Origin: Armatimonadota bacterium
Lineage (GTDB): Bacteria; Armatimonadota; UBA5829; DTLH01
Direction of reading: 5' to 3'
DNA: 64,000 nucleotides
Assembly: GCA_039679675.1 (NCBI GenBank)
Contig: JBDKUN010000033.1
Location: forward strand, 192,001 to 256,000
Part shown: in pieces, positions 9,705-18,862 of the stretch
Position numbering within the stretch: the stretch's first letter is position 1
Layout: each line of letters opens with the position of its first letter
The notes under the pieces: generated by a model
Seen by the model: the letters and a program-made list of their open reading frames with translations, nothing else
Database searches by the model: none
Told to the model about the DNA's origin: nothing
Translations under genes and position numbers: made by a program

Positions 9705-11138
9705 ATGATGAGGGTCCTTGTCGTAAACACCAACTGCGAGCGATCTCCTGATACAATTATCCCAATCGGGGCTTGCTGTGTTGCCTCATCCGCCAAAAAT
9801 GCCGGGTATGATATACATTTTCTCGACCTGACTTTCTCTCGCTCTCCCAGAACAGACGTAATCAACGCTATCAACAAGATCAAGCCGAATGTAATCGCAC
9901 TATCGGTCCGAAATATCGACAACTGCGATATGCTTTATCCTAAATCGTATATGCCTTTTATGCGTGATCTTGCTGAAACCTGCCGTACTGTATCTGATTC
10001 CCCTTTAGTTATTGGTGGATCAGGAGTTACATGTATTCCTGGGCCAATGCTCGCATACCTTGGTGGAGATTACGCGATTGTTGGGGAAGGAGAAGGGAGC
10101 TTTCCGGCACTCCTCTCTACACTGGAAGAGAAGAAAGATCCTGCCGGAGTTCCTGGTGTGGTTTCAGCCGCTGATGAAAACGTATTATTGCCTCCGGTAC
10201 CATGTCACAGCTTTTCATCAGCTCCGAACGTTGATCTTTCAGAATGGTTGGATATTGGAAAATACCAGAGAAGCGGCGCTGCTATGCCGGTTCAGACAAA
10301 AAGAGGGTGCTCTTTTCACTGCTCATATTGCCTTTATCCCAAAATGGAAGGGGAGGGGATCAGGTTACGCAATGCAGATGAGGTTGCCTCCGATGTGTTG
10401 TTGGCTGAAATATCAGGATTTAGATCCGTAGAGTTTGTAGACAGCGTATTCAATGCGCCGGAAGCTCATGCAATATCCTGCTGCGAAGCCATTGCGAGTA
10501 AAGATAATAGGATACCTTTACAGAGTCTGGAGGTTAATCCGCTCTATGCATCAGCTGGATTAGTGCAAGCAATGAACAGTGCGGGGTTTTCTGCTGTCGG
10601 CTGCACAGCGGAGAGTGCTTCAGATGATATGCTGGAATCGCTTAACAAAGGGTTCGGTGTAGAGCAGTTACATCAGGCTGCACGGCAGTTTAGGAAGCTG
10701 AACGCAACGAAAGTCTGGGTATTTATGCTGGGCGGACCGGGAGAGACGGAGAAGACTGTCGCCGAGACAGTGAGATTTATCGAAAAAGAACTTACTCCTG
10801 GAGACCTGGTCTATATCACATTGGGAATCAGGATTCTGCCGGGAACGGAACTTAATAAGACTGCGATTAAAGAAGGTCTTGTTTCTCATAATGATGACCT
10901 GCTGTGGCCGAAGTTCTATTTTTCTCCCAGACTGGAACCAGAAAGAGCAATGTCGATCATTGCAGCATCCAGATTTCCATCGGCAAATATAATCAGTATT
11001 TCCGATGGTAACAGTAGATTGTTGCCGCTTTTCCAAAAAATGGCCCATGCACTCCATATTAGCCCGCCTTACTGGAGATTAGCCCCGCAATGGAACAGAT
11101 TTAGTCGAGCTTTTAGGTCAGGGTGGTGGAGAGACTAA
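9705..11138 (+). CDS. B12-binding radical SAM protein (resembles the lipid-biosynthesis type)
   Basis: N-terminal cobalamin domain (LSVRNIDN, GGSG, GEGE); QTKRGCSFHCSYC; RBS CAGGAG before ATG 9705. Confidence 0.85.
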   Translation: MMRVLVVNTNCERSPDTIIPIGACCVASSAKNAGYDIHFLDLTFSRSPRTDVINAINKIKPNVIALSVRNIDNCDMLYPKSYMPFMRDLAETCRTVSDSPLVIGGSGVTCIPGPMLAYLGGDYAIVGEGEGSFPALLSTLEEKKDPAGVPGVVSAADENVLLPPVPCHSFSSAPNVDLSEWLDIGKYQRSGAAMPVQTKRGCSFHCSYCLYPKMEGEGIRLRNADEVASDVLLAEISGFRSVEFVDSVFNAPEAHAISCCEAIASKDNRIPLQSLEVNPLYASAGLVQAMNSAGFSAVGCTAESASDDMLESLNKGFGVEQLHQAARQFRKLNATKVWVFMLGGPGETEKTVAETVRFIEKELTPGDLVYITLGIRILPGTELNKTAIKEGLVSHNDDLLWPKFYFSPRLEPERAMSIIAASRFPSANIISISDGNSRLLPLFQKMAHALHISPPYWRLAPQWNRFSRAFRSGWWRD

Positions 11139-11141
11139 AAG

Positions 11142-11840
11142 ATGCTGAGACTTAAACGCCGTGCTGATGACTTGGAAGAGCTCATTGATCAACGGGGTAT
11201 TTCTCATGATGATCTGGAGCGTTCACTCACCGACTTGGAGATAGCCAACAGATGGATGGGCGGTAGGATGACTCTTCTGCGCCACCTTTTGCCCAAAATA
11301 GAGAAGGTAAATTCTGTCCTGGATGTCGGCTGCGGGCCAGCTGATATGCTTCGGGCGATAGCAGATGAATCCAGGCGAAGAGACCTTAAAATAAGCCTTA
11401 CAGGGGTGGATATAAATCCAGAAGTGCTCGTTTCAGCCCGTTCGAGGTGCAAAGGCTACGCAGAAATGTCTTTTATCGAGGCATCTGCTGCTTCGCTGCC
11501 ATTTGCCGATGAAAGTTTCGATGTTGTAATCTCCTCGCTTTTACTGCATCACCTGAGTCAGGCTGAAGCAGTAAAAGCACTCAGCGAAATGGCAAGAGTA
11601 GCGCGAACTAGAGTGATAATAGCAGATCTGGTGAGGTCTCCGGTTGCGTTTACCAGTGTTCTTCTTGTGGGGAAGCTCGTTTTTGGAAAGTTAAGCCGCT
11701 ATGATGGGCCGGTATCAATTAGAAGAGCCTATAAGCCAAAAGAATTAGTTGAGATGGCAAGACGCGCAGGATTACTAAACGGCAGGGTGTATGCGGGGCC
11801 AGTTAGGATGGTCCTCGTATATGACAAGGAAGGATTTTGA
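11142..11840 (+). CDS. Class I SAM-dependent methyltransferase (type often found next to PKS genes)
   Basis: VLDVGCG motif I, GVDIN, FDVVISSLLLHHL, DL.R, YDGPVSIRRA. Confidence 0.85.
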   Translation: MLRLKRRADDLEELIDQRGISHDDLERSLTDLEIANRWMGGRMTLLRHLLPKIEKVNSVLDVGCGPADMLRAIADESRRRDLKISLTGVDINPEVLVSARSRCKGYAEMSFIEASAASLPFADESFDVVISSLLLHHLSQAEAVKALSEMARVARTRVIIADLVRSPVAFTSVLLVGKLVFGKLSRYDGPVSIRRAYKPKELVEMARRAGLLNGRVYAGPVRMVLVYDKEGF

Positions 11841-13078
11841 TGGGTTTTAGCGTTGCTACTAACTTCGATGATAACCTGCCTGGCCTTGTTGCGTCTCTTG
11901 GAGTCACAGAACTCTTCGGAAAACTGCCCAAGGATGTAACAGGTGGTGGCCGCGCAAGTTACATGATGGCTCCAGTCTCCCGTGAGATGCTTGAGGAGCA
12001 TGTCAGAAAAACCCATCAGGCAGGACTCAAATTCAACTACCTGGTAAACGCCGCTTGCCTCGACAACACGGAGTTTACCAAGCGCGGACAGAAAGAGATA
12101 CGAAAGCATCTCGATTGGTTGTCAGAGGTTGGCATAGATGCCTTAACGGTATCGGTCTCATATCTGTTGGAACTCGTGAAGTCACGTTATTCGCATTTCA
12201 AAGTCAAATTGGGGGTTTTTGCCGATATCGATACTCCAAAGAAGGCAATATTCTTCGAAGAATTGGGCGCTGACTGTATCGCGTTGCAACCTCTCATACT
12301 AAACAGAAATTTCGCTGGGCTAAGAGCAATTCGCGAGGCTGTGAAATGTGAACTGCAGCTCATAGTAAACAGTAACTGCCTTCTCGAATGTCCCATGACT
12401 CCTTACCACAACGCCGGTCTCTCGCATGCGTCGCAGAAAGGGTCGAGAGGGTTTTTCGTAGACTACTGCCTGCTCCGCTGCCTGACAAGAAAGCTTACTG
12501 ATCCGGTGAACTACATAACATCCCCCTGGATACGCCCTGAAGATTTGCACCATTATGAAGCAATCGGTAAGTTTTCATTTAAGATACTGGAGCGCGATGC
12601 GCCGACAGAAACACTTGTAAAGCGTGTGCGGGCATATTACAATGGGCAATTCGATGGAAATCTCCTAGATATAGTGCAATCATATGGTTTTAGGGAGCAA
12701 CGAAGTGCAAGTCAACCCCAAAGACCGTGGCTATGGGATCTCCGAGAGTTCTTAAAGCCACAGGCAATTCGACCATTTAAGCTTTTGCCTCTACGTGATT
12801 TGGCAAGGCTGCAGGGGATGCTCTATACGCGAAGCGATGAGAAGTTGGTAGTTGATAACAGAAAGCTGGATGGGTTCATTGATAAGTTTCTGGACGGGGA
12901 TTGTCTGAAATCTCGTTGTGAAGACTGCCGTTATTGTCATTCTTATGCTGATAAAGCCGTGCATATTGACCCGGTGTTCCGGCAGGAGTGCCTCGAACTT
13001 GTCGGTCTGTTGCTTAACGATCTATCATCCGGCGAAATGTGGGGAAGATGTGCTGAGCCCAGGTGGAGGTGCGAATAA
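11840..13078 (+). CDS. Peptidase U32 family Fe-S protein (putative O2-independent hydroxylase)
   Basis: GGGR, FNYLVNAAC, NSNCLLECP, YCLLRC, WIRPEDL..Y, FKILER, C-terminal CxxxxCxxCxxC; start overlaps the methyltransferase stop. Confidence 0.75.
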   Translation: MGFSVATNFDDNLPGLVASLGVTELFGKLPKDVTGGGRASYMMAPVSREMLEEHVRKTHQAGLKFNYLVNAACLDNTEFTKRGQKEIRKHLDWLSEVGIDALTVSVSYLLELVKSRYSHFKVKLGVFADIDTPKKAIFFEELGADCIALQPLILNRNFAGLRAIREAVKCELQLIVNSNCLLECPMTPYHNAGLSHASQKGSRGFFVDYCLLRCLTRKLTDPVNYITSPWIRPEDLHHYEAIGKFSFKILERDAPTETLVKRVRAYYNGQFDGNLLDIVQSYGFREQRSASQPQRPWLWDLREFLKPQAIRPFKLLPLRDLARLQGMLYTRSDEKLVVDNRKLDGFIDKFLDGDCLKSRCEDCRYCHSYADKAVHIDPVFRQECLELVGLLLNDLSSGEMWGRCAEPRWRCE

Positions 13079-14496
13079 TGCGTGTGCTTCTTCTCGCTAT
13101 GCCGGATGTTGCAAGCTGTTTCGACCGGGTAATGCGCCTGCCGAACCTAGGCATTGCCTCAATCGCTGCAAACATAGATGGCGCAGAGGTTCACACGCTT
13201 GACCTTGTGCTTCATCCTCGCGGAGTCGGGAAGACTGTAAAGAAGCATCTTGAAAACCTGCGACCGGATATAGTCGGGCTTTCGGCAATGACTTTTCAGT
13301 ATGATACCGCCAAAACAGTTGCCGGAATTATTCGCCAGGTGCTGCCGAATACCAAAATCGTGCTCGGAGGCTACCATGCCACTCTCGCCGCAGATCATAT
13401 AGCCATTGACCCAGGCTCGCATGTCTTCGATTACCTGATTCGAGGTGAGGGAGAGGTCCCGATGAACCAACTTCATAAAGCATTGAGAGATGGCGGCGAT
13501 GCAAAGGAGATTGCTGGGCTTTCATACCGTGTTGATGGACAATTCGTGCATAATCCGATAGGTTCGCTCACAGACTTGAACGATATTAATATCCCGGAAC
13601 GCAGAAAACGCCTCTCAAGCGGCTTTACTTACTTCGGAAAACGATATGAGTCGGTCGAGACATCTCGTGGATGTCTCAAATCATGCCGTTTCTGCTCCAT
13701 AAGGGGCATGTACGGCCGCAGCTATCGCACATATCCTATCGAACGGGTGATAAGTGATATATCAGACGCGAAAAGCGCGGGCGCTGAAGGGATATTCTTC
13801 ACTGATGACAATATAAACCTGGTGCCGGGCCGCCTCATGGAGCTTTGTTCGGCCATAGTGGACGCAAAGCTTAATGACCTCGAGTATATCACTCAGGCAG
13901 ATGTTGCTGGGTTCGTAGCTGAGCCGGAACTCCCCAATGCAATGCAGCAGGCAGGGTTTAAGGGAGTTTTTCTTGGCATAGAAAGCACTGCTTCAGAGAA
14001 CTGGCAGTTTCTTAGAAAGCGGAACCTGCCTGATGATACGCACAAAGTAGTCCGATCACTAAGAAATTGCGGAATCAGCGTAGCCGGTGGCTTCATAGTT
14101 GGGAACCCAGAAGAAGACGAAAATGCAGTCCGGGCAGCATTTCATACTGCACTCTCACTTCCGATAGACCATGCGATAATGTGGTGCCTTACGCCTTACC
14201 CAGGCACAGAAGCAAGAGAAAGTATGCAGAGTGAGGGGCTTGTGGAGAGTGCGTATGATTTCAAACACTACAATGGGTATATGTGCCACGTGAGGACGAA
14301 ACACTTGAGCAATTCTGAGCTTATCCGGTTGATAGCAAAAGAAGGCGCTAAGCTCTATTTCAACCCGCGGTTCTTCCTCAGAAGCCATGCATGGCCGGTT
14401 TCGGCAAAAAACGCATGGATATATTTTCGAACTGTTTCTGAATATATCACCCATGCATCTCGAAACAGGCTGTTTGCATCGAGACACAAGATTTGA
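13078..14496 (+). CDS. B12-binding radical SAM protein (class B methyltransferase-like)
   Basis: VGLSAMTFQ, GGYHAT, RGEGE, ETSRGCLKSCRFC, FFTDDN, TPYPGT; RBS GGAGGT. Confidence 0.85.
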   Translation: MRVLLLAMPDVASCFDRVMRLPNLGIASIAANIDGAEVHTLDLVLHPRGVGKTVKKHLENLRPDIVGLSAMTFQYDTAKTVAGIIRQVLPNTKIVLGGYHATLAADHIAIDPGSHVFDYLIRGEGEVPMNQLHKALRDGGDAKEIAGLSYRVDGQFVHNPIGSLTDLNDINIPERRKRLSSGFTYFGKRYESVETSRGCLKSCRFCSIRGMYGRSYRTYPIERVISDISDAKSAGAEGIFFTDDNINLVPGRLMELCSAIVDAKLNDLEYITQADVAGFVAEPELPNAMQQAGFKGVFLGIESTASENWQFLRKRNLPDDTHKVVRSLRNCGISVAGGFIVGNPEEDENAVRAAFHTALSLPIDHAIMWCLTPYPGTEARESMQSEGLVESAYDFKHYNGYMCHVRTKHLSNSELIRLIAKEGAKLYFNPRFFLRSHAWPVSAKNAWIYFRTVSEYITHASRNRLFASRHKI

Positions 14497-14518
14497 TTGT
14501 ATTGGGGAGTGATGCCAA

Positions 14519-15391
14519 ATGATGAGACTGAGATCGAATGAGAGAGGTGTAATCTGGTGGGTTGCGCCGGCAGCAATTGGCGGTATTCTGGTGTTTGCTG
14601 GTTTAGTCTATGCGCTGATACTTCTTACGATAATGACGGGAGAGATTACAAAAATGGGTTCCGACCTTGCATCTCTCCCAAAACTGAACCGGCAGTTAAG
14701 CATGCTTACAGGAAAAGTCTCGATGCTCGAGGAGACAAACAGCAGGCTTGGGCGAGTAGAGCGCACTCTTGGAGTCCTGCCGAATGTCGATCGGAAACTG
14801 GCATCGACTAATGCTAAACTCGATCTGACTAATGGTAAGTTGACCGCGACAAATCAGGGCATCGGGGCGATGCAGGGACAACTTACCGGCGTCAGCTCAT
14901 CCCTTGCTGGAGTGAAGTCGTCTCTTTCAGTGCTGCCCGGCGTGCGAAATCAACTGGTAGCGACTAACAGGGGTATCGGGAACCTTTCAGGCAACCTAAC
15001 GGATATGAGGAATCTGCTTCGGTCCACTAATTCACAGATAACAGGAATGAGGGGCAGCCTGGGAGATGTAAGTTCGCAGATTGCTTCAATGAGAAGCGAC
15101 ATTAAGAGCCTCAATACTCAGATAATAGCAATGAGAGGCGATCTTGGAGATATGAAGGCCCAGCTTGCGGCACTTCCGGAAATGCAAGCCCAACTTAACG
15201 CCACCAATCAGCAACTTGCTCAAACAAATGCATCGCTTTCTGGAATGGAAGCACAGCTAAAAGGTATGGCGGGGAGTCTTGAGAAAACAAATGAGACAAC
15301 AGCTTCTATGGCTAAAAGCCTGAAGAAGCTTCCGAAACAGGGCGCACTCGGCGTTGCGGCGATAGTTGGTGCTGAGATAGTCAGCCACTAG
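14519..15391 (+). CDS. Membrane-anchored coiled-coil protein with heptad repeats
   Basis: N-terminal hydrophobic helix followed by about 30 heptads (LASTNAK, LDLTNGK, LTATNQG, LNATNQQ). Confidence 0.7.
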   Translation: MMRLRSNERGVIWWVAPAAIGGILVFAGLVYALILLTIMTGEITKMGSDLASLPKLNRQLSMLTGKVSMLEETNSRLGRVERTLGVLPNVDRKLASTNAKLDLTNGKLTATNQGIGAMQGQLTGVSSSLAGVKSSLSVLPGVRNQLVATNRGIGNLSGNLTDMRNLLRSTNSQITGMRGSLGDVSSQIASMRSDIKSLNTQIIAMRGDLGDMKAQLAALPEMQAQLNATNQQLAQTNASLSGMEAQLKGMAGSLEKTNETTASMAKSLKKLPKQGALGVAAIVGAEIVSH

Positions 15392-15899
15392 CAATTGTCC
15401 GGTGTTTCAGCCGTTCAAGAGTCTCTGACAAAATGACATCTATGGTTGTAGCGAGCATGGCGACGGTGCTCGCATCAGAAATCTTGAGCAGTCTGCCTGC
15501 TTCGACAACTATTGTCATCCCAATTGTGCCCAAGAACCCTGCGATCCATGCACTGCCAAGGTCGAAGTAGTGGCTGCCACCTACGTAAAATGCTCCGTAA
15601 ATGATGCCATAGACCACATGCGCTCCAACGAGGCCAAAAGCCGCGATCCATCCAAAGTTTATAGCCATTATACCGGGGTATGGTGTTCTTCCGCTTCTCA
15701 TACCAGGGTCGATCTTCACAACTATCGGAAGGGACAGTCCTACCAGCAAGCCATGGATAAGTCCAATTATCACTGCCGTGAGAGGGCTGGACTCAATCAT
15801 GAGCAACCTGAAAAGCGCCGCATATATTGTTCCGAATACAAAGACGCCCATGAAAAACTGCGCCAGAAAACCTAAAACATAGATTGTTTGCTTCCTCAT
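15381..15899 (-). CDS. Small polytopic membrane protein, function unknown
   Basis: Four hydrophobic segments; IHG and HVVYG motifs. Confidence 0.6.
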   Translation of the reverse strand: MRKQTIYVLGFLAQFFMGVFVFGTIYAALFRLLMIESSPLTAVIIGLIHGLLVGLSLPIVVKIDPGMRSGRTPYPGIMAINFGWIAAFGLVGAHVVYGIIYGAFYVGGSHYFDLGSAWIAGFLGTIGMTIVVEAGRLLKISDASTVAMLATTIDVILSETLERLKHRTIASG

Positions 15900-16001
15900 T
15901 AATTATCACCATTACTTGTTTTACCCTTTTAGTCATTGGTTTTAAGGATGAGGCATAAGGGAATAAACCAAGCAAGCAGTATATGCCCGGAGCTTTCTAC
16001 T

Positions 16002-16454
16002 ATGCAGACTGTAAACAGCATTACAATCTGTGCCAATCCAGATCTGGTTTACAGAACGGTTGCAGATATTCAAGAGTGGCCAAAGATGCTGCCGCACTAC
16101 AGGTGGGTGCGAGGGATCGATAATCGCGATTTAGTGTTCGAGATGGCTGCATGGCGATCATTTGTGCCTATTAAGTGGACATCGCTCACTCGTTGTGATT
16201 CGAAAAGAAGGCGAATCTTTTTCACTCACATCGGCGGCCTTACGAGAGGTATGGAAGTTGTCTGGAAAATTAATTCGGGCAGCAATGGCACAGATGTCAG
16301 CATAGTTCATGATCTCTCAGGACTGAAGCTTCCACTCATCCGATTGAAAATCGGCAAACTGATCACAGGAAGGATGTTCGTTGAGCCGGTTGCGGACCGG
16401 ACTCTTCGATATATGAAGCTATGGGTAGAGAATCAGCCAGACGTGCAGTTATAA
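16002..16454 (+). CDS. SRPBCC / polyketide cyclase-aromatase family protein
   Basis: NSITICA.PD.VY..VADIQEWP.MLPHY..V, HIGG.TRGM.V.W, IVHD; GGAG before ATG 16002. Confidence 0.8.
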   Translation: MQTVNSITICANPDLVYRTVADIQEWPKMLPHYRWVRGIDNRDLVFEMAAWRSFVPIKWTSLTRCDSKRRRIFFTHIGGLTRGMEVVWKINSGSNGTDVSIVHDLSGLKLPLIRLKIGKLITGRMFVEPVADRTLRYMKLWVENQPDVQL

Positions 16455-17674
16455 CCGGCCTTGGGATGGTAACTCCAATCGGTACAGGAAAGGAGAATTT
16501 CTGGAAAGGACTGCTGTCCGGCAAATCGGCAATCCGGCGTCTGACACTCTTCGACCCATCGGAGTTTCGATCACAGGTTGCTGCTGAGGTTCCCGATTTC
16601 GATCCATCCAGCTATCTCGACCCACGCAGATTTAAACGACTTGACCGGTTTGCACAGTTTGCAGTCGTATCGGCAATTTTGGCAGTAGAAGATTCAGGAT
16701 TAATACTAGGCAAAGTTGATCGATCTCGCGTAGGAGTCGCGATTGGGTCTGCGCTTGGTGGTATAGGGTTTGCCGAGAAGCAATACGGAGTATACAGCAG
16801 GGGAGGGGTCAAAGCAGTCGACCCAAGTCTGGCAATTTCAGTCTTTTGCGGGTCAGGCAGTTGCAATATAGCTATCGAACTGGGCTTAAGTGGTCCGGTG
16901 ACCGCAAATTCCAATAGTTGCTCTTCAGGAACGATCTCAATTGGAGAAGCACTTAACTTCATAAAGAGTGGAATAGCCGATGTGGTGCTTGCAGGAGGGG
17001 CGGAAGCTCCGCTTGCTCCACTTTGCTTCGGTGCATTTGCCATAATTCGTGCAATGTCTTGCTGCAACGATGAACCAGGGAAATCCTGCAGACCATTTGA
17101 TGCTATGCGCGACGGTTTTGTAATGGGCGAAGGAGCCGCAGTGCTTGCAATTGAAGAAATGGAGCATGCAATCAGGCGAAATGCACATATTTATGCGGAA
17201 ATTCTAGGTTACAGCCTTACAAACGATGCATACCATATGACGGCCCCGCATCCAGATGGGGTTCACGCAGCCCATGCAATGAAACTTGCGCTTAACAACG
17301 CCGGAGTCTCCTCCAATGAAATCGATTATATCAACGCGCATGGCAGCTCGACACCGCTGAATGACAAATCAGAGACGCTTGCAATCAAGAGAGTATTTGG
17401 TGAATATGCTGAGAAGATACCGATAAGCGGCACGAAGGCTATGCATGGGCACGCGCTTGGAGCAACAGGCTCAATCGAAGCAGCAATCTGCGCGCTTGCG
17501 ATGGAAAATAGTTATGTGCCGCCGACACTCAATCTGGAACACGCCGACCCGGAATGCAGTCTCGATTATGTGCCGCTAGTCGGGCGAAACAGGCAGCTTG
17601 ACAGGGTTCTCTCAAACTCCTTTGGCTTCGGTGGGATAAACTCCTGTATAGTCCTCGGCTCTATCAGCCAGTGA
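16421..17674 (+). CDS. fabF: Beta-ketoacyl-ACP synthase II / KS-alpha-like ketosynthase
   Basis: RRAVITGLG..TPIG, catalytic Cys (SNSCSSG), His (NAHGSST), His (GHALG), RPFD..RDGFVMGEG, SNSFGFGG. Confidence 0.85.
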   Translation: MGRESARRAVITGLGMVTPIGTGKENFWKGLLSGKSAIRRLTLFDPSEFRSQVAAEVPDFDPSSYLDPRRFKRLDRFAQFAVVSAILAVEDSGLILGKVDRSRVGVAIGSALGGIGFAEKQYGVYSRGGVKAVDPSLAISVFCGSGSCNIAIELGLSGPVTANSNSCSSGTISIGEALNFIKSGIADVVLAGGAEAPLAPLCFGAFAIIRAMSCCNDEPGKSCRPFDAMRDGFVMGEGAAVLAIEEMEHAIRRNAHIYAEILGYSLTNDAYHMTAPHPDGVHAAHAMKLALNNAGVSSNEIDYINAHGSSTPLNDKSETLAIKRVFGEYAEKIPISGTKAMHGHALGATGSIEAAICALAMENSYVPPTLNLEHADPECSLDYVPLVGRNRQLDRVLSNSFGFGGINSCIVLGSISQ

Positions 17675-17804
17675 AAATCATAACAATCTGCACAGAAAGA
17701 TGCATAGCCACCTCTAGTCCAGTATAGTATCATGAGTCCATCTGAGTTTGTTGCCGGAGTATTTGTGTATGGATTATAATCTGGTAAAGAGGAAGTAAGT
17801 GTGA

Positions 17805-18854
17805 ATGGCTAAAAGAATTTCTGAAATGGATGTGGTAAGGGCTTTAGCCACTGTCGCCGTTGTAAATATACATATTTCCGCGACTCCTCTTATCGCCACG
17901 CTGAAAGACGGTGCAACAACCTTCATCTATCTCTTTTTAAATGTCGCTGCCAGGTTTGCTGTGCCTACATTTATAATGCTCTCCGGCATGGGACTTGCCA
18001 TCTCGAAGCGCAAGGAGGGCTATTTTTCATTTCTTAAGCGCAGAGTTAAGAAGGTTGTTCTACCATACATTTTGTGGTCTGTTATTTATACCTTCACATG
18101 GGATGAAAATACCGGCGGCATGAGTCTGTCAATGCCTACTGTATCAAGGCTATTGCATAACCTGATAACAGGTGATGCATGCTATCACGTATACTTCGTC
18201 ATAATCATCGTCCAGCTTTATCTGCTGTTCCCGCTCATACGCAACTGGCTTTCGAGTAACACCGGTCTGATAATCTCAGGGATAATCACTGTTTCGATGA
18301 TCTCTATAGGGCAATATGCTGAAATACCGGACCGTTGGGTCTTTTTCTTTGACATTCGCAATCCATTGAACTGGATATTCTACTTCGGTGTCGGCATAAG
18401 GCTGGTGCGAGGCAGAGGGATTGAGATCCTGCGCAGCCGGAAGTATAAGGATCTTCTTTCCTTTGTGACGCTCGGTATGCTGGGCGGTATGATGCTGTTT
18501 GTGTACAGAGTTGGCTTAAGAACAGGTATTGACGCAGCACTCGATGCGCTTGGGCCTGTCATTATCTTCTATACTATGCTCGTAAACATGTGGTTCTGGA
18601 AGCTGAACTGGGATAAATTACCTTTCAGACGTTCACTCGATGCTATATCGGAATGGTCTTACCTAATCTATTTGGCACATCCATTCATACTGATGCTTTA
18701 CATGAACCTGCTGAACAAAATGCAAATTGAACACTACGGCCTGATCTTTGGGATTACAGCGGTTATGCTGGTAACTGCAGGATCAGTTGTATTTGTATCG
18801 GTAAACCGCTTGATCAACTGTGCCTTTACAAGAAACTGCAAACAATCTGCTTGA
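17805..18854 (+). CDS. Acyltransferase family 3 (OafA/WecH-like)
   Basis: D.VRALA..AVV.IH, RFAVP.F..LSG, LPYILWS, SYLIYLAH; multiple TM helices. Confidence 0.85.
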   Translation: MAKRISEMDVVRALATVAVVNIHISATPLIATLKDGATTFIYLFLNVAARFAVPTFIMLSGMGLAISKRKEGYFSFLKRRVKKVVLPYILWSVIYTFTWDENTGGMSLSMPTVSRLLHNLITGDACYHVYFVIIIVQLYLLFPLIRNWLSSNTGLIISGIITVSMISIGQYAEIPDRWVFFFDIRNPLNWIFYFGVGIRLVRGRGIEILRSRKYKDLLSFVTLGMLGGMMLFVYRVGLRTGIDAALDALGPVIIFYTMLVNMWFWKLNWDKLPFRRSLDAISEWSYLIYLAHPFILMLYMNLLNKMQIEHYGLIFGITAVMLVTAGSVVFVSVNRLINCAFTRNCKQSA

Positions 18855-18862
18855 TAACCGGA

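Noticed and set aside
9705..17674. Ladderane or canonical type II PKS cluster
   Set aside because: No ACP, chain length factor, FabZ, FabG or desaturase-like genes, so neither label is supported.
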